64,000 bases of DNA, from NCBI GenBank assembly GCA_035084275.1, contig CM068743.1:59024001-59088000 (forward strand), given 5' to 3'. The translations under genes and the position numbers were made by a program. This document shows positions 12,671-24,512 of this stretch, piece by piece; the first letter of the stretch is position 1; every line of letters starts with the position of its first letter. Source of the stretch: Hydrolagus colliei. Lineage: Eukaryota. The notes under the pieces are model-generated. The model saw only the letters and a list, made by a program, of their open reading frames with translations. It was not told the origin of the DNA and made no database searches.

Positions 12671-12829
12671 TAAATGATTTATTCGAGAATTTGGAGGTCC
12701 CTTAAATCGCACTGACATTCAGGTTAAATTTCCTCTAACAATAACATAAAAAATATTTTCTTCATTGAATACCATGGTTATAAATAAACATTTGTTTCCA
12801 TTTGTTGCTTTGTCCAAAATGAGGAAGTA

Positions 12830-13501
12830 CAGTAAAAGCCTGTTTATCCGTGACCTGATCAACCGTAACTTCTGTATAACCGGGACCTCAAAAAAAATCC
12901 CATTCAAATAACCGGACCTTATCCGGCACAATCACGGTGGCACATTTAATGAATCGATTGTCGCACGAGAGTACAGTACGATTAGTTCTGAATGCTGCTG
13001 GTAGTGGCACTTCCGGTTTTTCCTCTTAAAGCCGCACCGTCGTTTTTTCTCCCTCCTTCCCTCTCTCCTTTTTCTCTCTCCCTCTTTTTCTTTCTCTCTC
13101 TCTCCCTCTCCTTTGAGGGGGATTGGGTTTGGAACCATTGAAATGCCAGACTGACTGAGTGTGTATGTGTGAAAGAGAGAGAGAAGGAAGGAGGCAGAGA
13201 AATAAAGAAAAAAAGGAGGAAAAAGCGACAGTGCTGCTTTAAGAGAAAAAAACTTTTCTATCCGCCAATGTGGAAGTTTGTTTTGTGATTCGTGCTGTGT
13301 TTATAGACTGTAATCAATATTTATTGCTTTATTGGTAAGTATCCATATAATATTCTGTTATTATTTAGTCTCATTAATTTGGGATGTTTAAAAAAACATT
13401 TGTGTGTTGGGTTTTCGGCAACTTGCCGCCCAAATATCCAACATGTCGTTTAACCAGCATTGGCCCGGTTCCGAGGGTGCCGGATAAACAGGCTTTTACT
13501 G
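12830..13501. mobile_element. Tc1/mariner-superfamily (Tigger/pogo-type) MITE
   Basis: Perfect 21-bp TIR CAGTAAAAGCCTGTTTATCCG (12830-12850 and 13481-13501) with TA on both sides; no transposase ORF. Confidence 0.93.
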
Positions 13502-13569
13502 TATAATTATAAAATAGCCACTATAGCAGACCCAAAAGGGAGTTTCTTGTGAACTTCTTTATGAAGAGG

Positions 13570-13745
13570 GTGATGAGAAATATAGTAGTTGAAGCAGAAA
13601 GCAGATTTGATAGAAAACTTGATGCATACGTGAAGTAGAATAGAGGAGTGGGAGTTGATTAGGTGGAGGCTCATACGGAGTATAAACACTGACATGGACT
13701 CATTCGGCTGAATGGCCTATTTCTGTACTATTTAGTCTATGTAAT
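13570..13745 (+). mobile_element. Old CR1 3' end/UTR
   Basis: GTTGAAGCAGA...GGAGGCTCAT...TATAAACAC...GGCTGAATGGCCT, matching the CR1 3' UTRs at 35070-35262 and 60680-60995. Confidence 0.7.
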
Positions 13746-14569
13746 TATATATATCTACAGTACACTGTAATTCGAGTGTGAACACAAACCAATTTAGCTT
13801 CACCATTTTAAATGTTTAAAAATATTTTCTGAACTATGCAATAGTGGAGGAAATGACTCTTTTAAGCTTTCTGCTTGCTCTGTGTATTCGTCCTTTGCTA
13901 GAAGTCACATATGCTGCTCATATTCTCTGGTGTTCTCAGATACCCCTAAAATGTTTATCATGCCTTGTAAACTGCACAGGTGGCTACTTTGGGACAGCCT
14001 CAAAACACTGCTCCTTACTCTCCTGCCAAACTTGCAGAACCAGGCCATTTGTTTCAAACCCCCTTATGTCTTCCATTATAACATCAAAAATATTCCAGTA
14101 TAATGAAAGGCATAAGGAGGTTTGAAACAAGTTTTTTTTAATGAAGTGTTTGCTGTGCAAAAGTTGGCTGCCGCATTCACTCACAAAGACACACCATAAC
14201 TCCACTTTACAATATAACCTGTGAAATGCTCTGGGACATCCTGATGTAAACAGAAATAAGCTAAGAGCAAAGATTATTATAATTACTATTAATATTGTTA
14301 TTATCTGTTGTTTTCATCACTCGGGTGGCCAATTGCAGGACTACCCAAGCAAAGTCTGGTGGATGGTTGTAAATGTTTACGGAAAAATGCTATATAACAT
14401 TTACATAACAAATGGGTGTGACATTCCTAATACAGGACCTTTGGGTGAATACTGACAGGTTGTATCTTGGGGGAATGTAAGGGAAGATAAAGCTTCTGGT
14501 GAGCCATTCAACACATAGAGCTGCACTACACAAACTGATTGACAACACATTCACCTGTTGAGAGCAACA

Positions 14570-14830
14570 TTTAACAACAACAACAATTTATATACCACAA
14601 CAAATTAACAACAACAAATTACACTTACAAAGCGCCTTTCACGTCGGGAGGATTGATTGTCTTCCTTGGGAGCTGAATTGACTTAGGAACACGCAACAAC
14701 AAAATTACACTTGTACAGCTCCTTTCATGTCAGGAGGACGTCCCAAGATGCTCAACATCGGAATATAACAACAACAACAAATTACATTTATAGAGCGCCT
14801 TTCATATCGAGACAACATCCCAACAAGCTG
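14570..14830 (-). repeat. Stack of three or four short L2 tail fragments
   Basis: Repeated (CAA)n-AATTACA...GCGCCTTTCA...GGAGGA units in the same orientation. Confidence 0.8.
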
Positions 14831-14834
14831 ACAT

Positions 14835-15400
14835 CGGAACAGTAGTAGGCCCATTCAGCCCTTAGAGCCTGTTCCGCCATTTAATTAGATCATGGCTGAT
14901 CTGTACCTTGACTCCTTGCAATTCCAATTTCCCTCTTTCGCCCCATATCCTTTAATACCCAGACCAACCAAAAATGTATCAACCTCACTCCTGAAGGTGT
15001 GGATGGATCCAGAATCCATGACCTTTTAGGGGAGAGAATTCCAGATTTCTACCACCCTTTGAGTGAAAAAATGCTTCCCGATTTCACTCTTACATGGCCT
15101 GGTTCTAATTTTAAGATTATGTCACCTTATTTTGGATTCCTCCATCAGAGGAAATAGCTTCTCTCCATCTATTGTATCAAATCCTTTCATTATCTTAAAT
15201 ACCTCAATCAATTCACTCCTCAACCGTGTAAAGTCAAGGGAATACAATTCAGGTTTACCCAGCCTTTCCTTGTAACATAACGCTTTTAGACCTGGTAACA
15301 TTCTGGTGAATTTCCGCTGCACCCCCTCCTGAGCCAATTTATCTTTCCTGAGGTGTGGTGCCCCAAACTGAATGCAGTACTCCAGATGGGATCTGACTAA
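14835..15400 (-). mobile_element. CR1 LINE 3' end
   Basis: EGVQRKFTRMLPGLK...RLRSELIEVFKIMKGFD on the minus strand; 3' UTR with GGCTGAATGGGCCTACT. Confidence 0.9.
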
Positions 15401-15584
15401 CTTGTTGTTGTTTTGTTGTTGATCCTAACTGGATAAGAAGTGGGACAGTTTGACAGACAGTACTATCAATGGTAAGCTATGCGGTTTTAGCCAATTAGAC
15501 TATAGCAGTACCCCAATACAAACTCTGGGATCCCCAAGCCTTGGCTCTTGCCAACCTGCATCTAATACTCCATGGAATCCCGGC

Positions 15585-15787
15585 ATCTTGGGGACGTACT
15601 CCCAACATGAAAGGCGCTATATAAATGTAATTTTGTTGTTGTTGGAATTAGGTAAGCACAATGTGTCTCTCCAGGGAGAGTTTGAAATCCATTCCAATAA
15701 ATATCTCCCAAGTTTCCATGTGTTTAGCGCCTTGGGACGTCCTCCCGACGTGAAAGGCGCTATATAAATGTAAATTGTTGTTGTTGT
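15585..15787 (+). mobile_element. Two ultra-short L2 tail insertions (15585-15643, 15720-15787)
   Basis: Each is only the GGGACGT...GAAAGGCGCTATATAAATGTAA tail plus (TTG)n. Confidence 0.8.
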
Positions 15788-16249
15788 ATTGGTTTGGGAG
15801 CTCTTAAGCATGGTGATTTCCACCTGAGTCATGTTCACATGACCAGCTGACTGAGAAAAAAGCTTCCCATTGCTTCTCCTACTGTTACCCATTAGGCTTG
15901 CAGGGTCAACATGAGGTGAGAGGAAATAATCCTTCAGAGGATTTACTTTATTTCAGCATTGAATAGCGAAGGAATCATTCTTTGAAACAAAATTGGTCAC
16001 TAAAATCCATGACTGTGCACAATCGACTGCCATACTTTTGCCCACAAAATATATAATGAATTCACTTAAGCAGTTTACTATGTGAAGCACTTTGGGATGT
16101 CTTGAAGATGTGATAAGGCACAGCATCAAAATGCAAGCATTCTTCTTTATTATTAAATTCAATTAAAAGTACCAAACAGTTGTCCTTCTTTAATCTTTTA
16201 TTGGGAAAACACTGTGAGAATATTTTTTTTTAGTGATATTATTTTGTAC

Positions 16250-17060
16250 TAGGGTCCGTCGATATGGAAATTTTAAGATTTAGATATATCGATGGGCTCA
16301 TATCGAGATATACTGAAATATCAATATTTTCGGGTTTTTCGTACTGCGCATGCGCGCGCAGCGCGCGCGTTCCGGGTGGGCGTGCGTTCCCAGTGCGTGC
16401 GCGTTCCCAGTGAGCGCGCATTTGGGGTGCGCGCGCATTCGGGGCCTATCTCCTCAGGAGGTAAATGTCTTTCTCTCTCTGTGTCTCTCACTCTCTCCAT
16501 GTTTTTCTGTCTGTGTCTCTCTCACATCCCCCTCATCTCTATCTATCTGTATATTATCACATCCACCCCGTCTCTCCCCCCACCCCCCCGCTATCTCTCT
16601 CTCCCCCCCCCACCGTCCCTCTCCCCCCCCCCCCCCCATCTCCCCCAGCCATCTCTCTCTCCCTCCCGCACCCCACCCCAGCCGTCTCTCTCCCCCCACA
16701 CCCTCCCCCCAGCCGTCTCTCTCCCACCCCCAGCCGTCTCTCTCCCCCTCACCCCCCCCAGCCGTCTCACTCCCACTGCCCCCCCCCCCTCCCCAGCCTT
16801 CTCTAACCCCCCACCCCTTGCATACCTGTATATTGTATTCTAGGACTATGAATACAATATGGCGGCTTTGCACCTCGGTCTGTGCATTTTTTATAGAGAT
16901 GAGCATTCTGGGTCTTGTAGTTCAGTGTGCGGCATTCCGATTTTTTACCTCGATATATAGATTTTTCGATATATCGATAATTTTGAACTGTCTATATCGG
17001 CGTATCGATATGAAAATTATATTGGGTTTTAGCGATATATCGATATATCGCCGGACCCTA
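16250..17060. mobile_element. Non-autonomous hAT transposon (TAGGG-type ends)
   Basis: TIR TAGGGTCCG(T/G)CGATAT at both ends; perfect 8-bp TSD TTTTGTAC (16242-16249 and 17061-17068); subterminal ATCGAT/GATAT repeats; CpG-rich and C-rich interior. Confidence 0.93.
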
Positions 17061-18099
17061 TTTTGTACTAATTCTAGGAGACTCTGAAGTGCCAATGTTT
17101 TACTAAATCCATGAAAACTAATTTGCTTTATTTTAAGTCCAGTACTGACTTCCTACGATTCAATATAATTATTATTATTAATATTATTTTACTTTGGAGT
17201 CATCTTAGCTCCAAGTAGATCCTAGACAACTCTTCCAAGTAGCATAGTGATGTGTAGCATATGGGTATCAATTGGTGGAATGCATGGCCCTTGTTAATAC
17301 TGTCCGTGAAGCTTGGATGGTCCAGCAATGTTTCAGATAAGGCATGAATTCCGTCCAAGATTTGACTCAAATTTCGATATAAACTTTGTGAAACAACACT
17401 TTTTCCCCCCCTCAATCTCCATTTTTGTTTTCCTGTTAATCCTGCTTTAATTTGCTGCACATGGGCATTCATTTGTCCTGAACTGGCTTATAATGTTTTT
17501 GTAAGTTGATGCTGTTAGCTCAGCAGATCTCATAACCCTTAAATTTCCCTATCTAATTTGAGTTGAATAACTTGAATTGTTCAAAAACGGAAGGGAATGT
17601 GTTACCATTCCCTAGACAGATTAATTGATGATTTAGCTCATGGCTGTTTGTGGGAACTTACTGATGCAAAATGCTCCTGTTTTGCCTACAATTGCATTCA
17701 GTATATTTTACATTATGTACATCTGCAGCACTTTGAGATATTCTGTTAAGGTGCCATAAACAGACAGGTTTTTACTTTCTTACATTGGTATACTGAAGTG
17801 GACTAGACTGTTCCTCACAGGTGAAACAGCATCAATGATGTAGTTTTCCATGGGTTTATACTGAATGTACATAATGCCCATTTCACTAAAGGCCAGGCCA
17901 ATAAACCTGATGCTTGCTCTGACCACGTGTTCACATGGGCTCAGTTCCAGTTGTGAATTTGGAGTCTATTTAGAGCATCAGCACAGCCACGCAGAGGAAT
18001 TTTAATATGGGATTTGACTTATGAATGATCTGCTCCATTCACACTGTACCCTTTTAATTTGGATCATCAATTAACTCGTTCCAAATCGGAATATTCGTT

Positions 18100-18920
18100 G
18101 TGCAGGTAAACAGGAACAGTGATGCTGCACCTCCTCTGAGTGCAGAAGCAAAAATAGAAATCAGTACAGTTTGAGACTGTGTGGCTGGGCTGGGAAATAG
18201 CATTTCCAGCAGAGGGATTTGGACAGCTGTACACTGTTTGCATTTGCAATGGTATTTTTCAAATGCATTAATACAGCTCAGTCCCCTGCCATGCATGACC
18301 TATTTTTGGTTAACACCAGCCATTGTTCTATTTATGTCGCCTGTGGGCTGTGTTGTTGTTGATTCATATGTAAATGTGTTATCACTTGCTTCAACCAACT
18401 TCAAGGGGAGTAAACAGAGGCAGAACATACTTGTGAAGGCAGTGGTTTGACACTACATCTTCAAAACCTTGGACTGCCTGGGAAAATTAAGGCTTTCCTT
18501 TTTGAGTATCTGTTGAGGCTGTGGTCATTATACCTCACCACCTACTTTAAAGTTCTGCAGGGTAAAACAAAACAAATCTAACACCCCCTCCAACCCTGCA
18601 AAAAAAAACACCAAAAGAAGAATTAAGTGTTCTTTGAAGTGGAGAGCTGGGGATGCTTTTAACCTTGTTTCTTTTCAGCTTGTCTTCTAGAACACTCAGC
18701 TATTGCTAAAGGGAGAGAGAGAGAGAGAGAGCAGCAGTGACTCAGCTTGTAATTTAAAAGTGGTAAAGAGAGAGAGAGAGAGAGCAGGAAGAGTGGCTTA
18801 TGGTGCTCTTGTAATGTACAAACCATCCAATTGTTTCTGGAAGAGGAATTAAGGAGGAAATGACCCTGTTGGTGGATCTGATGAATCTTTTATGCAGCTG
18901 AAGTGTGGACAGAAGGAAAG
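18100..18920 (+). promoter_or_regulatory. Probable HDAC9 proximal promoter and 5' UTR region
   Basis: Transposon-free block just upstream of the HDAC9 exon; MEF2-type site CTATTTTTGG (CCAAAAATAG) at 18300-18309; AP-1 TGACTCA at 18738-18744; GA microsatellites. HDAC9 is an established MEF2 target. TSS not determinable. Confidence 0.55.
18712..18785 (+). repeat. Two (GA)n microsatellites
   Basis: GAGAGA runs at about 18712-18731 and 18767-18785. Confidence 0.9.
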
Positions 18921-19035
18921 ATGCTACAGACTATTTATGAGACCGAATCGTGTTTCTCCTCAGATGGGGTTTCTGGACGTGAGCAGCCACTCCAGCTGTT
19001 GTCTCAGCACAGAATGCACAGCATGCTCACTTCAG
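18921..19035 (+). CDS. HDAC9: Histone deacetylase 9 (class IIa; HDAC9/MITR), N-terminal coding exon (partial gene)
   Basis: Translates MLQTIYETESCFSSDGVSGREQPLQLLSQHRMHSMLTS, matching recalled HDAC9 DGVAGREQLLAQQRMHSMISS and HDAC4 DGLSGRDQPVELL. Acceptor TGTTTCTCCTCAG| gives a 72-nt phase-1/phase-1 exon 18964-19035; strong donor CAG|GTAAGC; MHSM start ATG at 19014. The next exon (VDVKSE...) was not found in the window. Confidence 0.92.
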
Positions 19036-19894
19036 GTAAGCAGCTTTGGTTTCACTCAAAGGCACTGTCTCGTGGATGTGGCTGGACGCTCTCTCTCTTT
19101 CTCCTTTTAATAGTAATAATACTGTTCAATTTAAAATGTAAGTGCTGTAGTAAATACTGCATTCACTGTAAACCGATAAGCTGCCCACAGTTATCAGAGG
19201 AAATTTTGAATTCTTGACAAAGGTATTGATAAGTGACCGGATAGACTGGAATGATCGGGTATGACGACAGCTTTTAATAAGCTAGGATATTGCTTTCTTC
19301 TTTTATGGCCCTGTGAAGTGAATATATATTGTAATTAAATGAGACAGGCAGTGGTATGATTTAGTGGATCAAGACTACACAATCACAGGTTGGGCGACTA
19401 GTAATTGTGGTAGTGGTACTAAAGTGATTATTTCCTTTCCAACCCTTCACTGCTACTGAGTTCTTGATCTCACCAGGTTGATGTACACAGGGCTTCTCCA
19501 TAGAGCAAGGGGAAATTAGAGGGAGTTGAACCCTGGGCTGTAGCTGGAAGCGTTGGCAAAGGCCTGGGATTTGGCAGATGTCTTCTGGGCTGCAGTTGGT
19601 GCTTTGGACCAAGGGAGGAAAACAAACACCCTCAAACAGTTGCAAATTTTAACACAAATGTTTACCACCTGCATAGGTTCCTGGAAGATGTCACTGTTAA
19701 TAAATGGCTACAGGTTAATATAGCCTCGATTAACTGCATCTGAATCAGATTGTGTAGTTTTGTGGTTTTTCACTATTATTGTTATTCATGTTGTGGAATA
19801 AGACAATGGTAGTGATGAGGACAATTTGTTTTCAAATGCATAGTATCTTTATCTGCCAGTTTTAAGAGGAAGAATATTGGAGGGTACAGGAGAG

Positions 19895-20160
19895 AATACA
19901 ACAACATTTATATAGCACCCTTTACATAGGATAACATGTTAGGCACTTTACAATGATGGGGTTAGACTTCGAGCAGAGGAGCGAGAAGTGGTGAGAAGGA
20001 TAAGTGAATATAGGCATGATTGAAGAGGTAGGTTTTAAAGTGTGATTGAAGACAGATAGGGAGAGAGGTAAGGCAGAGGGGTAGAAGGAAGGAGTTCCAG
20101 ATGTTAGGGGCCTGAGTCTAAAAGCTCAGCCACCAATGGTGGCGTGGTGAGGATATGGAA
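19895..20160 (-). mobile_element. Old L2 3' fragment
   Basis: CAACAACATTTATATAGCACC tail; GAAGAGGTAGGTTTT...GGAGTTCCAG is the reverse of the L2 WNSLP/LKTYLF region. Confidence 0.65.
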
Positions 20161-20489
20161 AATGAGCAGAGAATTGAAATTAGGACCATTAGGTCCAACA
20201 GATGAGTTACTACCGTCTGGCTCAGTGGCCTCCTCCTGTTTGGCATTTTCTATGCTTCTCAAACTCCATGCATTCTCTGTTTGTCTGCAGGTTTGTGTAT
20301 AAAATCTGTGTTTGCTGCAGTAATACTTGCACAGAAAAGTGTCAGTGGAAATAAAAGTAAATTTTCCACATTGGCAAAGTGACACAAAATCATTCCTAAA
20401 AGCCGAACAACTGAACACCCTTTCCCCCTCCTGAATTCAGCACTTTGGTTTGTTCCTATTTACAATTTGAAAATATTTAATTATCATTT

Positions 20490-20735
20490 TAGCTGCCAGC
20501 TACAGATTGTAGGCCCACAAATATACAGTCAGTTAAATTTACAGTATATCCTGTGAAGTGCTTTGAGACGTCCAGGAGATGTGAAAAGCGCTGTATAAAA
20601 TGCAAGGATTATTACTATTCATTTTGTTTGTCCCAACGTGACTTTTGTCCCGACCTGACTGTTCAGCGCCTTGGGACAACCTCTCGACATGAAAGGCACT
20701 CTAGAAATGTAATTTTGTTGTTGTTGTTATTGTTT
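20490..20735 (+). mobile_element. DeuSINE 3' part followed by a short L2 tail
   Basis: SINE tail ...GTGAAAAGCGCTGTATAAAATGCAAGGATTATTA to 20618, then CCTGACTGTTCAGCGCCTTGGGAC...(TTG)n. Confidence 0.8.
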
Positions 20736-20764
20736 ATTTCCAAGTAATGGAAAGAAAGCATGCA

Positions 20765-21095
20765 ATCTAGGGTGACTATTCAGTACATTACTGAGGAGTG
20801 CTACACTTTTGGTAGTGCCTTACTTCCAATGAGACTTTAAAACGAGGTTCATTCTGCCTGTTCAGGTTAAAGATCCTGTGACACAAGTCAAAACGGGAAG
20901 GGAGTTTCTTCCAGGGTCCTGACCAACAATTCTCCAGAGAAACCGATCATGGCTGTTCGCGACATTGCTATGTGAAAATTATAAATGCCATTTCACTTAT
21001 AAGTGCAGTCAACACACTTTACAGTAAATTCTGTGATGCATGTTAATCCATTTCCGTGTTGGAAAGGTATATGCAATGCTGGGTTTTTATTATTA
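20765..21095 (+). mobile_element. Old DeuSINE (SacSINE1-like)
   Basis: CAGTACATTACTGAGGAGTGC...AAAGATCCTGTGACAC...GTCCTGACCAACAAT blocks. Confidence 0.6.
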
Positions 21096-23004
21096 TTGTT
21101 TTACCCAAGGATTATTCCAGTCTGACGCTGCTTCTAATTACAGAGATTGACATTGGAGTACAGCTGAAAACAGGATGCCAATTTAACCCATTCATTATCC
21201 TGTGAAGCAGTGTAGAATGCTATCCCAGTACTGAAATTAAAGCCGGGTTTGTGGTCAGGTGGCGGCCAAAGTGGAAACAATTGTTTAGAAATCATGAACA
21301 GAAGCAAACTAATGTGCAAAAGTTGGGGAGTGTTCGGTGCACTTAAGAGTGTTTTCAGTGCATTTAAGGGTAGTCCCCTTTGTGAATAAGATGATCTGAT
21401 CTTAGGTTCAATTTGATATCTCATCAAATCTGTTATGAAATGTTACACATTCGTTGCAGCCTTTCTATGCACGATAAGAGAAATGACTGTTGAAATCTTT
21501 GGATGCAGAATTCAAGTTTCTAGTTTGCAAGGCAAGAGCTTCACATAGATCGACTAATGCTCACAACTACTTCATCACTGCGATCTTCACGTGGGTCTGA
21601 GTCCCTGGCAATTTTAAAGTACTGCGAGTATAGTTTATGTTTACTCCATTGGAGTTTGTTTGAGAAATTGAGTTCACCCCAAGTTCAATTTTGCACTGTT
21701 ATGTCCATGGTCCCTCCTGAGCTAAACTTTACTCTATTTAGTGGTAATAGTAACAAAACATTGGACATCGCCTCAATTCCTACAAATATAAATGCCAAAT
21801 GCTGCAAATAATAATATTCTTGGAGTCCATTTCATCCATCACAGGTCAATTAAATGAGTCTTTAGAATTCCTGACATCTCTTGATGTTCCTATGCTCCTC
21901 CTTGAGATCACTGCTGCCTCGGCAGTTAATTAAAATTACAGATCTCAGAAGGATGCTACTTTTAAGTGGAATACCCTTTGAGAATAGGCCGGTTAAAGTT
22001 ATATAATCCCACAGGATTCCACCAATGACATAATTGCCATCACATTTCCAGCAAAATTCCTGTTTGCTTGTATCCTGCATTTTACACTCTTGCCAACTAT
22101 TCAGTACGACATATGATGTGGCAATTTGTGGAGTTCCCAGCCAGCAGTACATCAGATACACTATTTTCTCAAGGCAAAGCTACCAATGTGAAGCCTTATG
22201 CTTCCATTTTACACCCAAATACATTTTTTAAAAAGTGCTTCAGTATTATTTTCACCAATTTCTTTCCCCGTTTTCTGAAAATACAGTAAGTGGTAGTAGA
22301 TAAGCAATTCAATGTCCTACCAAATGAATTCCTGATCTGTGAAGAAACAACCAGGCCGATAGTAGAGAGAAAATACCACTGAAAGTTTGTCGGTGATGGA
22401 GTACAACTCATGTTTCTGATCGCTAACCACTGACCACCAGGTGCAAAGTGAGAGTGTGTGTGAACATCTGGTCAGGCTCAGCTGTGGTGCCTCTCTAAGG
22501 TCAAGTAGCCTGTTGGCACTCTCTCTTTAGGCTTACGCATGAAGAACTTGAGTGAGGTACCGAAGAGTTCTCTGTACATTTGAAAATCGCAGCATGAGGA
22601 AGTGTCTTCAGGATTGCAGAGGAGCATATTTATATAATAAGCGGTAACATAGGAAACATCCACTTGTGCCTGGCATTATTTGGGGCTGGTGAGTCCTGTG
22701 ATATGTATTGCTATGTGTCAGAAACTATGTGTTATTTGACATAAAGGTTAAAAAAAAAGGCAACTTTAATATCACTGATGTGTTTTGCAGCAGCTTTCCA
22801 AAAACAAGAGATGGTGCCTCTGTCTCTACCTGGTAACAGATTAAATAAACTTTCAGTGTTAAGCACATAGACTCCACGCCCTACTTGTTTGATTGTTAAA
22901 AAAATATGTTTTGTCCTGGGAGAGCATGGAGTTTGGTCCGCCAAAGGCATATCAACCATGGGAATGTAATTTTATAGGGGAAATAAAAAGAAAACTAGAG
23001 CCTG

Positions 23005-23190
23005 ATATAGAATCATAGACTATTACAGCATTCGGCCATTTGACCCATCGTGTTGTGAAGCTCCCTGAGATGCCGTCTGGCGTGGAGGGCGCTATATAAA
23101 TCGAAGTTATTGTTGTTATTGTGCTTATGCCGGCACTTTGGAAAAGTTACCAAATCAATCTCACTCCCCCGTTCTTTCTCATATCCCTGC
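23005..23190 (-). mobile_element. CR1 3' tail remnant interrupted by a short type-A L2 tail (about 23058-23120, + strand)
   Basis: AGAATCATAGA...GGCCATT...CCCATCG resumes as ATGCCGGC...CACTCCCC after GAGATGCCGTCTGGCGTGGAGGGCGCTATATAAATCGAAG. Confidence 0.75.
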
Positions 23191-23615
23191 ATATATCCCC
23201 ATATATGTAGGAATGTTGTTTTTCACCAGACGGAAAATTTATTTTGTAATGTACAAAATAAAATCACTCTATACTAAATCACAAAATGACATCGAAGAAC
23301 AAATCACTTACATGAAAAGGGCTACAATGCTAGTGTTCCCTAAAGTGTTCCCTTAAATAAGTTAAGAAATACTTTATAGAAGATCACAAATATTCTTCAC
23401 AGGTATTCAGAAGATACATGAAATAACTTTAAGTGCAAGTATATTTATCCACCGAACATCATTCCTATCAAGGAGCATAGAACACCCTGTGTGAAAACAT
23501 GGTACTGCCATAGCTTCTCTTGATTTTTTCCTCCCACTTTTCTCTTGAGGACGGTATGCTGCATTTCCCCGCATATCGGTCAATCACTTGTATCTCATCC
23601 AAGCAGCTCTCGTTC

Positions 23616-23896
23616 ATAATAATAATAATAATCCTTGCATTTGATGTCTCAAAGCGCTTCACAGAATATACTGTAAAGTGAATTGACTGTACATAGTGTG
23701 GGCAAAATGCTGCAACAAATTGCCACAGCAGTGTCCCACAAACAGATGTGGATTGAAATGACAATTTTTGTTTGAGGGATTATTATCAGGCATAAGGAGT
23801 AAGGAAACTTGCCCAAGGTTTCGCCCCGCCTGGAATCAAACCCAGGTCTCTCGTTTTTAAGGTGAGTGTTCTAACCACTGAGCTACAGGACTCCAC
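23616..23896 (-). mobile_element. Full-length tRNA-derived DeuSINE
   Basis: Reverse complement begins GTGGAGTCCTGTAGCTCAGTGGTTAGAACAC (A box), then B-box region, Deu core and (ATT)n tail. Confidence 0.93.
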
Positions 23897-24201
23897 AAAT
23901 TGCAGTGCAAAGCATGTGATGCATTCATGTGGGAGGATGAACCTATTCAACCCAGGAGAGCAGGACAGATGGTCTTGAGCCTGGAGTCACTAATGGCCTG
24001 AAATTCCACCAAGCCTTAGTTTATAAGACCACTTGTCTTAACATTTAAGTTTGTGTACAATTGTGAATAATTCTTAGATTCAACCTTAATTTGAAAGCTG
24101 GTTCTATCTAAATACTGCAGAAAATGAACTACCTAATTTTGACTGAATTGTAGAATTTTCAACAATTCTGAGACGAAAATGTGACATTCTAAGGCAAAAA
24201 T

Positions 24202-24512
24202 GTGAAGTCTTGTAGCTCAGTGGTTAGAGCATTCGACTTGCAAGTGAGAGACCTGGGTTCAATTCCTGACAGGGCAAAACCTTGGCCAAGTTTCCTTACC
24301 CCACACACATAATAATAAACCCTCAAGAAAAGGAACAATAATAATTTGGTCATTTGAAATCACATGATTGTCTGTGGGATATTACTGTGTGCAATTGGCA
24401 TTTCATCCACAAATATACAATCAATTCACTTTACAGAATATTCTGTGAAGCGTTTTGAGATGTCTAGAAGACATGAAAAGCACTATATCAAATGCAAGGA
24501 TTATTATTATTA
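24202..24512 (+). mobile_element. Full-length tRNA-derived DeuSINE
   Basis: TGTAGCTCAGTGGTTAGAGC...CTGGGTTCAATTCC...AAACCTTGGCCAAG...GCAAGGATTATTATTATT. Confidence 0.93.

Noticed and set aside
14570-14830. CRISPR-like repeat-spacer array
   Set aside because: Units are diverged L2 tails with irregular spacing in a vertebrate context; no cas genes.
16292-17087. Proline/serine-rich overlapping ORFs
   Set aside because: Artefact of C-rich low-complexity sequence inside a non-autonomous hAT element.
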